From NCBI GenBank assembly GCA_051532055.1, contig JAOPTX010000032.1, positions 125,115 through 189,114 of the forward strand: a stretch of DNA of 64,000 nucleotides, written 5' to 3'. This DNA is from Fibrobacterales bacterium. GTDB lineage: Bacteria > Fibrobacterota > Fibrobacteria > Fibrobacterales > JAOPTW01. Under the pieces are notes generated by a model. That model made no database searches. It was not told where the DNA came from and saw only the letters and a program-made list of their open reading frames with translations. Shown here piece by piece: positions 11,301-19,330 of the stretch (its first letter is position 1; each line of letters opens with the position of its first letter). Both the position numbers and the translations under genes were made by a program.

Positions 11301-12284
11301 AACAATCAGTTTACCCAAGACATAGATCGTGCGCTTAAACTCAATACCCAACTTACTATACCAACATCAATGCCCATTCAATTACAAGCACGAACTGAGT
11401 GGAGTCAAAAAATTGGCTTTGAAAGAGAGAACCCTTGGCAAACAGACACAACAACCACTTGGCCATCATACTATGTCTATGGTACGCTCAAAAACATTGC
11501 TCAAACCTTTGCCCCTCTCAAAAAACGGTTTTCTTCTATTAATCTCTCATCCGGATATAAATATAGCCAGGTAGAATCTATTACAGCCCATGCAAACTCT
11601 GAAGATGGCGTGGAAGAAAAATACTCTTTTGCCCCCCTCATTAAAGCAACCTTAACAACAAAAAAGAAGACAACTTTTTCAAATGCAATAAACCTGAGTT
11701 GGGGCCAAAAGGATAGTTATAACAAAGTTCAAGCCATTGCCAATAACACAGCAGTTGTTGACACAACCACCTTCTGGAATGAACGCTATATCCCGTATGT
11801 TCCCAATGAAAAATTTAGAACAACAAACTTTTCTTTTAGTAATGACTTTAGAGTAAAATATGAGATTCCTACCAACAAAGGATTTTATCTATTCAAATGG
11901 TTTTTTAGACTCAAAAACCCCGTTATTCTCAATGGGGTTATTACCTACGCTTGGAAAAGAGAGACTCGTACAACCTTTGACAATAACAACTACCTCCCTT
12001 CTGATTCCACCATTGGCACTCCAAGTATTTTAGTGAATAACCTACAAGATATTGCTAGCCCTTACTACTATCCTGCCCGTTACAATGATGGTCAGGTGGA
12101 CAATCGCACCCGTAACTGGTCATTTCTTATCCACCCGAGCATGAGTTATCAATTCACCACACGGGTTGCCAGTTTAGCCCATATTAAATACCGTTATGAA
12201 GATATTGTGACCAATGACACCGATCAACGCAAACAAGATTTAGAATTTTTAATACAGGTTACTATTAAGTTTGGAAACAGATAA
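5376..12284 (+). CDS. sprA: SprA/Sov-like very large outer-membrane protein (type IX secretion translocon homolog)
   Basis: About 2300 aa. N-terminal motifs FEDNIIQRIEAGNTSLSL...GLFGIKGEFKFGDL; also LQRGKDYDVLYELGQI, DTEDISRDG and FWVNDLRL. The C-terminus is rich in amphipathic beta strands. Start codon uncertain (5325 or 5376). Confidence 0.85.
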   Translation: MQLKQFSVIGFKSTLLWLIIGCFFIGTVMGSTSQIEYLKTPERVKPLQNILPKKGILTHPQWGYLKFPAKNLSVDHKVNFEKREMIITASFNNSRNKQKTALWNSYYRELATYTLEMNDLILNKIWLESLIGQENPSSVGQGDTHFELEIPIKMPQWLKDVGIPKPTIDITGDLNIQLKGVGKKYTRDPLHNSLWPNFDPKFTPNFSVKGSIGKNLSIQINNQEGFQIADQLKIVYQESEPNEFEDNIIQRIEAGNTSLSLEGTRLTGYSENHQGLFGIKGEFKFGDLYLTAIASQEGGSSHKQSLNSEYTDSEFAIKESEFVDGKHFFLSMEDRNEYKTKKALGDQLILKTKRNLTIYVSVPRENKNDGRNYYKGLTGYFAHNFANTNNKYIMKELKSDEFNYDAKTGILSLTRPYRSSRVGAWWEDLSVGDKILTQPTGGNEGGDNTGVIIFKSTTLIPDLDLLMLRNRYAVGYTSESKNDFQLELINSNQQSPTNLVALLQDTLGVTLPKDNEKDFNELTGELILPCKVIPQTVRNNADSVSYYQEACLEPMRHIIPQSSADKLYTNSATLRKKFESHYSFKVKGKRKNTQINLNSGTHSLNSGGCMDIAEGSERLTIKGAGTVLQRGKDYDVLYELGQINLTSDRARDPNTEIEVEYECQPLFQIENKFLLGLRAKYPLESFGNGSLLGATMLYKGQSLKARRPQYDQTPYSSFLWGSNLLLKDSSRFMSKAINILPFIKTKSPSRWTLEMEIAQSYHNPNTSGDALVEDFEGSSRTIPYSMYRSSWHRASPPLSTDPLNPLDYRYQAREFIWHSNHEKRRGEIFSSLKEKYDRNTRIPILELKIKPINREGKNWGSIMRANSDYASDLSVEYEYIEIVANGTGGQLLIDLGQISEDLSINGDEPNQELNSEQTEGNISPDHDDGLDGLPDELEKRKEWLCYSTCNTPNIITYDPITNPDPALDNWSEQEYVSDPTYQINGTQNNAERTVYDTEDISRDGLLQTTNAFVRYTIDFSDDMINANNGVQVIEQQGTGQNSWKIYRINLKKYSDVYPLGANLTQILQNAKFTRLTLTGASSETEVRLARFNIVGSQWETEFLTDVATGDTIKTLQENFTSDGPTSTTSFASTTEETGGRVSVDVIDNKDDNDIYFPSNNTVFEIEDDDTGTKRREQALIINYSEIEPGQQAFITRKFESQQFDLTNYKSLKMEIHHVDSTLGAFNDPGVRFAIQLGSDPTNKGSYYEWSFRPTPQSCGSDEACHSGNWDDNAFALALSEWPKLKNHSDWSPVVDTSIRYILQNGTYQPADLNYKRQLKTLHDAIEDSEGTTERAEMITLRGNPSISNISWMRIVIIVDDEELSDDPRTVSGEFWVNDLRLDGIRDGWGTSARSRIQLEFGDVLTLSTDVTYQNGNFAPLQSNSGSAKKSPAQSSSLMQYNASAQFHLNKFLKDEWKFRIPFMVSTSMNVTRPFTKPNSDILLSDDDFFDLSKDFYDHLTDQENIFSEDQQDTNYIGTNHGEEQTLRSESKSEGFQTVQLRKQLSVSFAKEYVRHKSLPVEMLSQVLLERPTLSYKYVESENFSPTSIDTNYTYTTSAKYKFGQLKASKFRPFSSFKSSKNSWIKSLSKTSFSPWPETFDVTLADFSFNKRLTNNRSVDSPNFTHRETDYGLDLKHSINMRWKMFNFLTASYDLTINRDFNDFHADFAKEALFDSEKGGGLLGLGRITSLDTNDHARRYLLRDSSGVYEDITYQDERISQYINYDSVLVDPAAIDGSDYGILLNEFKRSQNMKLNYSPQFVDFVTTRFILESRFNHDRNNTNFSDDTTDTYWTLKQTNSFQTSATLKLPQLFDFSATKGISKFLKKMKWSSLRSTWKVNLNTSGEEYTFADLERQGVSASDYYKYSFGLAEGGGWRHPGNIVTGTMGKNNCEDYTHFAEYCNQEIFYLQNPSDSNGFRNKNQLINKHLLPTPRVGNNQFTQDIDRALKLNTQLTIPTSMPIQLQARTEWSQKIGFERENPWQTDTTTTWPSYYVYGTLKNIAQTFAPLKKRFSSINLSSGYKYSQVESITAHANSEDGVEEKYSFAPLIKATLTTKKKTTFSNAINLSWGQKDSYNKVQAIANNTAVVDTTTFWNERYIPYVPNEKFRTTNFSFSNDFRVKYEIPTNKGFYLFKWFFRLKNPVILNGVITYAWKRETRTTFDNNNYLPSDSTIGTPSILVNNLQDIASPYYYPARYNDGQVDNRTRNWSFLIHPSMSYQFTTRVASLAHIKYRYEDIVTNDTDQRKQDLEFLIQVTIKFGNR

Positions 12285-12348
12285 GCCAATCCTCTTACCC
12301 CACAAAATTTTGAATATATGCAAAATTTAATGTACCTTTGACACTGTT

Positions 12349-14241
12349 ATGGACCAAAAGCCCTCGCATATCTACGCCTATTTTGACTATGATGACACCC
12401 TTGCATCGGGTGACAGTATACTCTATTGGCACCGATTCTACTTTCGTGAGCGAAAAAAACGCTTTTTACTCCGTATTTTCCATTTCATCGGTTTTTTACT
12501 CTGGTCAATCCGTACTATTAAATCTGGTACCCTCAAACGGATAATGCTCGCCCCCCTTTGTTATGAAACCGCGGAAGAGCGTGCGCGTCTGGGCGAAAAA
12601 TTTGCTCGTGAAGAACTCCCTAAATTTCTCTACCCCAGTATGCTCGACCGACTCTGGAGTCATAAGATGCTTGGTCATAAAATTGCAATCCTTTCTGCAT
12701 CTCCTATGTTTTATCTACAACACCTCGATAAAATCCTCAGTGCCGACCTTATTGTAGGTACACGGATGGAGTTCCCTTCAAAGGGATTGATACGAATCCC
12801 TCATTATCGTACCGGCAACTTTAAAGGGCGTGAAAAGACTAAGTTTTTAGAATCGCATTCCGAGTTCCCCGAAGGGGGCAAAGGTTGTTTTGCTTATTCA
12901 GATCACCATTCTGACCGATTTTTACTCCGCCATGCTGAATTTCCATTTTGTGTCAATCCCAACGATAAACTTCGTCGTATTGCCCAAGAAAACAACTGGC
13001 CCATTCTGACGCCCCATCGCCTTAAGTCGGGGAGAACAAGAACTGCGGCCTCTGCCTCTCTTCTCCTTCTTCAAAAGGGCTCTCTCGAAAATAAGATTAC
13101 TATTGGAAGCTCCAAAACTGCTCGTGACTTTCACTTGCGCCATTGGATTAAATCTTTTTTCGAAATACTTGAAGATTCTGATTTCGCAACATGGAGCTCT
13201 TTCATTCAGGCTTCTCATGCACTCAAAGGGCTTCCTGAACTTCTCATGAAAGAACTGGTGGTTACCCATAATAGTAACCCCAACACCATACTCTCTCTCT
13301 ATAATACCAGCGGCTCTCATTATGTGCGTAACCCTCTCATCTCTTTTACTGCACACGCCCCGCACAACACCAATTACGTTACACGGGTGTCAGGACCGTT
13401 ATCCCAGTGGCTCGATACCGAAAGTTATAAAGCACAAAAGTTTTGGATAAAAGTACGACACTCCCACATTGAATCATTCTGGCAGCTCGACAAAAAGTTA
13501 ATACTTGCAAGTGTAGACAAAACTAATAATGAAAAGCTGCAGCAATCGGTTTATTTCTGGCTCGATCAAGCACAGCACACCTTTGACAACGACTCTCGAA
13601 CATATACAGATGCTCCTTGGATTGAGCGAATACAATCTATAGAACAAAGTGGGGCCCTCCTCCCTCATGTGAAGATGATTCAAAATAAAGATCAACTTGA
13701 GCTCCATCAGTTTAGCCCTGAGGGTATACGATTTCATAAACTATGGCAGTTTAACCCAGGTCTCTGTTCTGCAATCCCCCTAAAGGTTTCTACACTCTTT
13801 TTTACACTACTTGCCGAAGATATTATTATCGACATTGATTGCGGCTTTAACCTTAAACTGATTAATCAGCAAGGGTCACCTACTCTTAAGGTTATTGATT
13901 ATACCTACCTATACGATGCATCTTTTAGAGCGGGCCCTGCTATACATCAATTGATAAAGGCCCCTATAACGACTAATGTTAATGAGCTCACACTTCCCGA
14001 AAAGTGGGAGCCTCATTTTGAGTCACTCAACATTGACTACAGCACTGCTATGGCAGACCTTTTTGGTGGACTGACCATTGACCTTGGTACTATCAACTTT
14101 AGCCAATGGCGCTATCGCCGTACTCGAATTGGTAAAGAACAATGGAATAGACTCTACCAACTCCCTCCTGAGCTTTTCCTTGTTATAAAAAGCTTGTGGA
14201 GTATCGAAACACTCTTTTCTCTTCTTAAACAGCGAGCATGA
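12349..14241 (+). CDS. HAD-IB family phosphatase fused to a degenerate ABC1/UbiB-type kinase-like domain
   Basis: HAD motifs FDYDDTL, LSAS, K and YSDHHSD are intact. The C-terminal half follows ABC1 motif order with catalytic residues altered (see findings). Confidence 0.7.
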   Translation: MDQKPSHIYAYFDYDDTLASGDSILYWHRFYFRERKKRFLLRIFHFIGFLLWSIRTIKSGTLKRIMLAPLCYETAEERARLGEKFAREELPKFLYPSMLDRLWSHKMLGHKIAILSASPMFYLQHLDKILSADLIVGTRMEFPSKGLIRIPHYRTGNFKGREKTKFLESHSEFPEGGKGCFAYSDHHSDRFLLRHAEFPFCVNPNDKLRRIAQENNWPILTPHRLKSGRTRTAASASLLLLQKGSLENKITIGSSKTARDFHLRHWIKSFFEILEDSDFATWSSFIQASHALKGLPELLMKELVVTHNSNPNTILSLYNTSGSHYVRNPLISFTAHAPHNTNYVTRVSGPLSQWLDTESYKAQKFWIKVRHSHIESFWQLDKKLILASVDKTNNEKLQQSVYFWLDQAQHTFDNDSRTYTDAPWIERIQSIEQSGALLPHVKMIQNKDQLELHQFSPEGIRFHKLWQFNPGLCSAIPLKVSTLFFTLLAEDIIIDIDCGFNLKLINQQGSPTLKVIDYTYLYDASFRAGPAIHQLIKAPITTNVNELTLPEKWEPHFESLNIDYSTAMADLFGGLTIDLGTINFSQWRYRRTRIGKEQWNRLYQLPPELFLVIKSLWSIETLFSLLKQRA

Positions 14242-14242
14242 T

Positions 14243-14713
14243 ATGCAGATTAAACATCTCATTTTAGAGCTTTTGAAAAAGCACAAATACAACTACTACA
14301 TATATGAACCTGTAGTATTTGAAAAACGAATCAATGAAGAGAAGATTCGTGCAGACCATTTTCAATCAGACTTCGCCTATATCGAAGTCTTTTATAGAGA
14401 CTTCCTTCCTATTGACACATCTGAAATGCGTGTTAAAGCAATTTGGGATATTATTCTCGAAGTATTTTCGTCATCCCTTCGTGGATCCGACATTAAGGGG
14501 CATCTCAAAAATGATGAGGGACTTGGGGTTATAATGGTTGACTGTGACTCATATGCACCAGAACGCCTCAGGAAACGTATTGTTGAAAAACTGTATGAAG
14601 CAGATTTTCTCAAATTTATTATCAATAAAGATAATTTTATTAATGCCTATTTTTATACAGCTCGTTCTGAAAATACCGACCCTACCCAACAATCTCCGAT
14701 GCGAAGGATCTAA
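14243..14713 (+). CDS. Degenerate GGDEF-like protein retaining an RxxD I-site
   Basis: LRGSD-IKGHL-KNDEG-LGVIMVDCD...ERLRKRI mirrors RxxD-x5-GGDEF-hhhLPxT...ERLR. Confidence 0.55.
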   Translation: MQIKHLILELLKKHKYNYYIYEPVVFEKRINEEKIRADHFQSDFAYIEVFYRDFLPIDTSEMRVKAIWDIILEVFSSSLRGSDIKGHLKNDEGLGVIMVDCDSYAPERLRKRIVEKLYEADFLKFIINKDNFINAYFYTARSENTDPTQQSPMRRI

Positions 14714-15794
14714 TCTCATCCCATTGAGTCATAGGATCAAACTCAGTCGTACATCTATAATCAGCAAAAGTACACGGCTTATTTGCGCCAATACTATTAA
14801 AATTCCAACACGGAGCACAGGATAATGATCTGTCCCTGATAATTAAGTGTTCTCTTTCTATTCGTTCATGGCTTAAATAAAAGGGCCCCGTTCGTTTTTC
14901 ATCAGTAGGCCCAAAGAATACAATGCACCGTTTTTGTTCTGCAATACTCATATGCATCAGCCCAGAATCATTCCCCACATAAAAAAGTGCCTGAGAAATG
15001 ACCCCACTCAATTCACCCAGTGATCGACATTTAATATCAATGAGTATATCTTTAACAGCTACAGATTCTGTGGTACTGGAAATAATATTTTGAATCTCAT
15101 CTGCTATTGATTTCCGAATGGGTTCTTCTGAAGGGTCTCCTGCAAGATAACATTGTAGAGCAAACTCGTTATAGAGAGCAACTGCCATAGCCGCATAGAC
15201 TCTTGGGTGAAACCGTTTTTTATCCATTCCCCGCTCTGGACTTGACCCCGGATGACACACATAGTATTTATAACGAGGAACCTCTTTCAGATCGATTTTT
15301 TCAGGATAATTAAAACCACAATAATCACTAGAACCAATAAGGCTTTCTGTAAGTGATAAATTTTGATCAGTATCATGGAGTTCAGGGTTACTTGAAAAGG
15401 TGTAGGTTTGGAGTATATTCGGTAGGGTACTATTGGGATAACTGAAGCCAATACGATGGGGAGCACCAATAATTCGAGTAAAAACTGAATACTTCCAATG
15501 ACCCGTAGGAAAAAGCGATATTGTTGCATCAAACTTTTGAGCACGCAGTGCCAAGAGTGAACGCAGCCCTTTTAAGAGTGACTCTTTGTCAGGATAAAAA
15601 GGTATCACCTCACTAAACAGACCTGAATCTTTTCCCATTTCAGCAATACCTGGCTTGAGAGCAAGAAGGGTCAATCGGCCCTTACCAAGTTTCTGAACTA
15701 AGTTTTCAAGAGTCGGTTGAACCATTAGAAAGTTGCCAATACCAATAGGGCAAATTATCAGAATTTTTGAGCAGTCATGTAAAATTGGTTTCAT
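14682..15794 (-). CDS. Glycosyltransferase family 9 (heptosyltransferase-like)
   Basis: IGIGNFLM, HPGSS, YVGNDSGLMH, FFGPT and CAPC motifs. Confidence 0.9.
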   Translation of the reverse strand: MKPILHDCSKILIICPIGIGNFLMVQPTLENLVQKLGKGRLTLLALKPGIAEMGKDSGLFSEVIPFYPDKESLLKGLRSLLALRAQKFDATISLFPTGHWKYSVFTRIIGAPHRIGFSYPNSTLPNILQTYTFSSNPELHDTDQNLSLTESLIGSSDYCGFNYPEKIDLKEVPRYKYYVCHPGSSPERGMDKKRFHPRVYAAMAVALYNEFALQCYLAGDPSEEPIRKSIADEIQNIISSTTESVAVKDILIDIKCRSLGELSGVISQALFYVGNDSGLMHMSIAEQKRCIVFFGPTDEKRTGPFYLSHERIEREHLIIRDRSLSCAPCWNFNSIGANKPCTFADYRCTTEFDPMTQWDEIRSFASEIVG

Positions 15795-15865
15795 GTACTA
15801 CAATATAGCAAAGGATTGGTATTTAGGTGAGATAGCTATCTACCGCTGAGGCTCAATGAGATACC

Positions 15866-16435
15866 TTATTCTATATCACGTGAAACCAGATACCCCTTAT
15901 GCACATCTTGAACCAAAAAGCAAAGTTTTTGTATTCCTTTTGTCATACTTTTTGCCGATATAGTAGAACCGCTGAGAGCGTCAATATCGGTGCCATATTT
16001 AAATGAAGCACGAGCATTTTTACCCTTAAACAAATCAAGCCATTCCTGCTGTTTAACTGCACGACCTCGAATCTCTCTATATTTTAAAACAGTGTTATAC
16101 ACCACTTTTTGCTCTGCATCAAAAACAACTAAAAAAGTAATGGGCATTTGTTTACCAAACACATTATCCACAAAAGCATGGCCAATCAGCGAGTCACCTT
16201 TATGAATTGACCAATAGTAGAGAAAATTAAAGTAGTAGTTCTGATTAACTTTTATTACTGCAGCTCTACGCATTTCTTTAGTAACAAGTACTTTTTCATA
16301 GTGAAGAAGCGTCTCAATACCATACAAAGAACGAAGCTCCCGCTCCGCACTCTGCTTAAGGTCTTGAGCCCCTGCAATCACAGGGGCCAAAAGAACTATT
16401 ATCGCTAATATTATATATATGCGATAGGCCTTCAT
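15866..16435 (-). CDS. Exported FMN-binding domain protein
   Basis: Signal peptide, GKQMPITFLV, YREIRG and flavinylation-type motif DALSGST. Start overlaps the porin stop codon. Confidence 0.8.
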   Translation of the reverse strand: MKAYRIYIILAIIVLLAPVIAGAQDLKQSAERELRSLYGIETLLHYEKVLVTKEMRRAAVIKVNQNYYFNFLYYWSIHKGDSLIGHAFVDNVFGKQMPITFLVVFDAEQKVVYNTVLKYREIRGRAVKQQEWLDLFKGKNARASFKYGTDIDALSGSTISAKSMTKGIQKLCFLVQDVHKGYLVSRDIE

Positions 16436-17520
16436 TAGAACATGTACCCTACACCAAGATCAATAAAGTGAGTCACGTCATCATTCGCACCTTTAGTTTG
16501 ATAGGTGTAATCAGCTTTAAAAACCACTTCATCAACAGGTTTGAACGCAAGTCCCGCTGCAATTTTTGTAGTTGCATTTGCCTCTTCTACAGCACTGTCC
16601 GTATGTGATGATGCAACATTGAATGCTTCATATCGTACCCAAGGAAGTAACTTAGCTTCTTCGAAACCAAGTTCACTACCAACATTATATCCTACTTCAG
16701 TATAAAAACCCGAAGACCCTTCAAGGCCTTGGTTAGCAAGTGCTTCATAGGTTGTAAGGGCCGCTTCAGTTACTGCATAGATATTATTTGCGTCGTATTT
16801 TGCGTGAACTTCTAAAAGGTTAATTCCCTCGAAATTTTGTTCTCCATTATTTGCCATAAGGTGATTACGTGAAATTGATGCACCAACACGAAGACCCATT
16901 AAACCGATATAGTCGACTCGTGCATTAAACAGTACTGTTTCAAGACTTGATTTATACCCTTTTTGACGACCACTACGAATGCCACTATCTTCTATATTTG
17001 CCGTATTAAGACCCTCCATCACAACAACTTTATAGTCGATCATATCAGAGATTACACCAGTTGCACCCACACCATTTCCAAACCATGTTGTTGGAATAAT
17101 ACGTTTACTATATTCCGGACGCTCTACTGATACAAAGAGTGGTGGCTCGTGGTTTTCATTAATAAGACCAATTGAAGGGAGAAGCACACCAAATTGATAG
17201 TTTGCCGCATCCGAGTGTTTAAAGTTGATAATAGCTTGTTCAAGCTCGAGCTCACCATTTCCACCTGAAACAAAATTATGTTCAAGTTCAACTTCAGATT
17301 TAAATGACCACTGCTCATTCCACTGATACCCATAAAAGAGAACAAACCGATGAAAGTCCAAAGTAGGTGCTTTATCATCTTTCTTCTCGACATTTTTATA
17401 ATTCAAGTGGAGCTCACCATATCCACCAATTGACGTTTTTGATCCACCACTTACAGCGAATTCATCTTGCCCAAAGGCAACTGCAGCCATAAAGGCAACC
17501 ATATATACCATTTTTTTCAT
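16435..17520 (-). CDS. Outer-membrane porin-like beta-barrel
   Basis: Signal peptide from ATG 17520. IGGYGELH, DFHRFVLF, ELEH, NENHEP and IIPTTW motifs; C-terminal GVGYMF. Confidence 0.8.
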   Translation of the reverse strand: MKKMVYMVAFMAAVAFGQDEFAVSGGSKTSIGGYGELHLNYKNVEKKDDKAPTLDFHRFVLFYGYQWNEQWSFKSEVELEHNFVSGGNGELELEQAIINFKHSDAANYQFGVLLPSIGLINENHEPPLFVSVERPEYSKRIIPTTWFGNGVGATGVISDMIDYKVVVMEGLNTANIEDSGIRSGRQKGYKSSLETVLFNARVDYIGLMGLRVGASISRNHLMANNGEQNFEGINLLEVHAKYDANNIYAVTEAALTTYEALANQGLEGSSGFYTEVGYNVGSELGFEEAKLLPWVRYEAFNVASSHTDSAVEEANATTKIAAGLAFKPVDEVVFKADYTYQTKGANDDVTHFIDLGVGYMF

Positions 17521-17531
17521 TTTCACATCCC

Positions 17532-17570
17532 GTTTAACTAGATTAAGATTCAGTCTCAATCTAGTTAAAC
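17532..17570. promoter_or_regulatory. Perfect 13-bp inverted repeat enclosing a Fur-box-like 19-mer, immediately upstream of the porin start
   Basis: GTTTAACTAGATT-13nt-AATCTAGTTAAAC. The minus-strand core reads ATTGAGACTGAATCTTAAT. Confidence 0.55.
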
Positions 17571-17575
17571 TAATA

Positions 17576-17604
17576 GCGCCCCTCAAGGACTAATTGGGGG
17601 GCGC
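17576..17604 (-). terminator. GC-rich hairpin after the EamA gene, possible intrinsic terminator
   Basis: GCGCCCCTCAA...TTGGGGGGCGC. The U-tail on the minus strand is weak. Confidence 0.45.
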
Positions 17605-17670
17605 CATCAAATTCACAACTATGTAATGTAATCAACTTATGGTTTGTTACAGCCTTATGCCAGTCCAACC

Positions 17671-18597
17671 TTATAAAAAAGGGAAATATGAGTGCTTTTC
17701 GCCTAATATGATCAATAATACCCCAGTAAACAACGCAATAAGCGCGCTCATTTTTTTTCTTTTATTAAGCTCCTTAAATAGAAAAGCTCCAAGAATAAGA
17801 GTGACAAACACACGACTTCTCTTAACTGCAGAAAGTAACAGTATGAGGGCATCTTCATGAGCAAGTGCTCGAAAATAGACAAAATCTGCAGCAATAAGAA
17901 GTATGCCAATAAGGGGGATTGACCACCGCCACTGGAAAGGCGTACTTTTTTTCCTGATGGGAACCCATGCACAGAGTGTGATTAAACCCAGTAATGTAAC
18001 GAGATAAAAGGAAAACCACAACTGTAGTGTTTGCGGGGGTATGGCGCGAGTTTGAATAAGATATTTATCGTAAAGGCCACTACTCGACCCTGCTATAGTT
18101 CCCAAAACGACAAAGAGAATCCAACGATTACGCCTAAAGTCAATGCCCTCTTTCTTGCCCAATGAAGAAAAACCCATCAATGAGCCTAATATCAGTGCAA
18201 CCCCAAACCATTGCAGTGGAGTAGGAGATTCACCGTAAATAAAAAGCGCTCCGAAAAGGGTAATAAATGGACCAGCTGCTCTAATTGGGGTTACCAAAGA
18301 TAGTGGAAGGTGCTTGAGTGCAAAAAAATTGAGTGTCCACGCAAGAGAGATAATTGCAGACTTAAGAGCAATAAGCCCATGGAGCTGCCACTCAATGGGC
18401 GATACATAGAGCCCAAACTGTTGAAATAAATCTGAGAATAAATATGAGCCCACAAATAGTGGAGCCATAGAAAGTAGTCCAAAACAAGTGCTCAAAAAGA
18501 GAACGGGAATAACTGCATTATCACGCACTCCATATTTTTTAGCTATGTCATAGAGGCCCAAAAAAAGGGCAGAAAGTAATCCAAGGTAGATCCACAT
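17671..18597 (-). CDS. EamA/DMT family transporter
   Basis: About 10 hydrophobic segments in two repeats; ALKHLPLSLVTPIRA. Confidence 0.85.
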   Translation of the reverse strand: MWIYLGLLSALFLGLYDIAKKYGVRDNAVIPVLFLSTCFGLLSMAPLFVGSYLFSDLFQQFGLYVSPIEWQLHGLIALKSAIISLAWTLNFFALKHLPLSLVTPIRAAGPFITLFGALFIYGESPTPLQWFGVALILGSLMGFSSLGKKEGIDFRRNRWILFVVLGTIAGSSSGLYDKYLIQTRAIPPQTLQLWFSFYLVTLLGLITLCAWVPIRKKSTPFQWRWSIPLIGILLIAADFVYFRALAHEDALILLLSAVKRSRVFVTLILGAFLFKELNKRKKMSALIALFTGVLLIILGEKHSYFPFL

Positions 18598-18635
18598 GAA
18601 GGCATTAATAGATGTTTAAAAAACAGATCGGTCTA

Positions 18636-19241
18636 TTACTCAGTTAGTTTTATATGGTGTATAAAGGTATCAACTTTAGTGACACCATCCAACTCACCAG
18701 TCTTAAGATATTCAACTAATTTAAAACGCATACTCTCTTCTGCTTCTACAGTAGATGCTCCTTCAGCTCGAATATTAAGGTCAGGGCAGTACTGATAACA
18801 TCTATTTTGTGAAATCCACGAAAGGGTCATCACCTCTACATTTTCAAGTTCAACTTCAACAAAATGAGGTTTCTTAATATGACGTGCTACTCGCTCTCTC
18901 AGCTCTGCCGAACTAATAAGCTTTGAAATAGACTCATTAGCACCCACTTTCATTGCTCGATAGGCTAGATTATTATTCAAATTGGAGCTTTGAAACAGTA
19001 TCGGAGTATCAATATAAGGCTCTATTGCTCGTACATGCCTGATAAAGTCTATTCCAGTTCCATCAAACAAACTATAATCGACAATAAAACAATTCACTGG
19101 AGGCTTATGGGCAATAAGCTCTAGCGCCTCATCAAGAGAGGCGGCAAAAGTTATATCAACAGAGTCACCCAAAATTTTTTTCAAAATCTTTTGAGCAATT
19201 TTACTGTCTTCAAGATGAAATATTTTTACGCCGTTAGCCAT
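18636..19241 (-). CDS. Response regulator: receiver domain plus C-terminal HicB-like domain
   Basis: Receiver motifs LEDS, IVDYSL.DGTG and GAN..ISK. C-terminal YCPDLNIRAEGASTVEAEESMRFKLVEYL. Confidence 0.75.
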   Translation of the reverse strand: MANGVKIFHLEDSKIAQKILKKILGDSVDITFAASLDEALELIAHKPPVNCFIVDYSLFDGTGIDFIRHVRAIEPYIDTPILFQSSNLNNNLAYRAMKVGANESISKLISSAELRERVARHIKKPHFVEVELENVEVMTLSWISQNRCYQYCPDLNIRAEGASTVEAEESMRFKLVEYLKTGELDGVTKVDTFIHHIKLTE

Positions 19242-19330
19242 ATCAGACCCCAAATGTCATACGTTGTTAGTATACCACATTTTAAAAATTTGACGAGACT
19301 TTTTTAGAAGTTCAAGCACTTACTTTCGGA

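Noticed and set aside
14236..14250. TGA readthrough joining the HAD fusion and the GGDEF-like gene
   Set aside because: The downstream ORF is in a different frame and has its own ATG.
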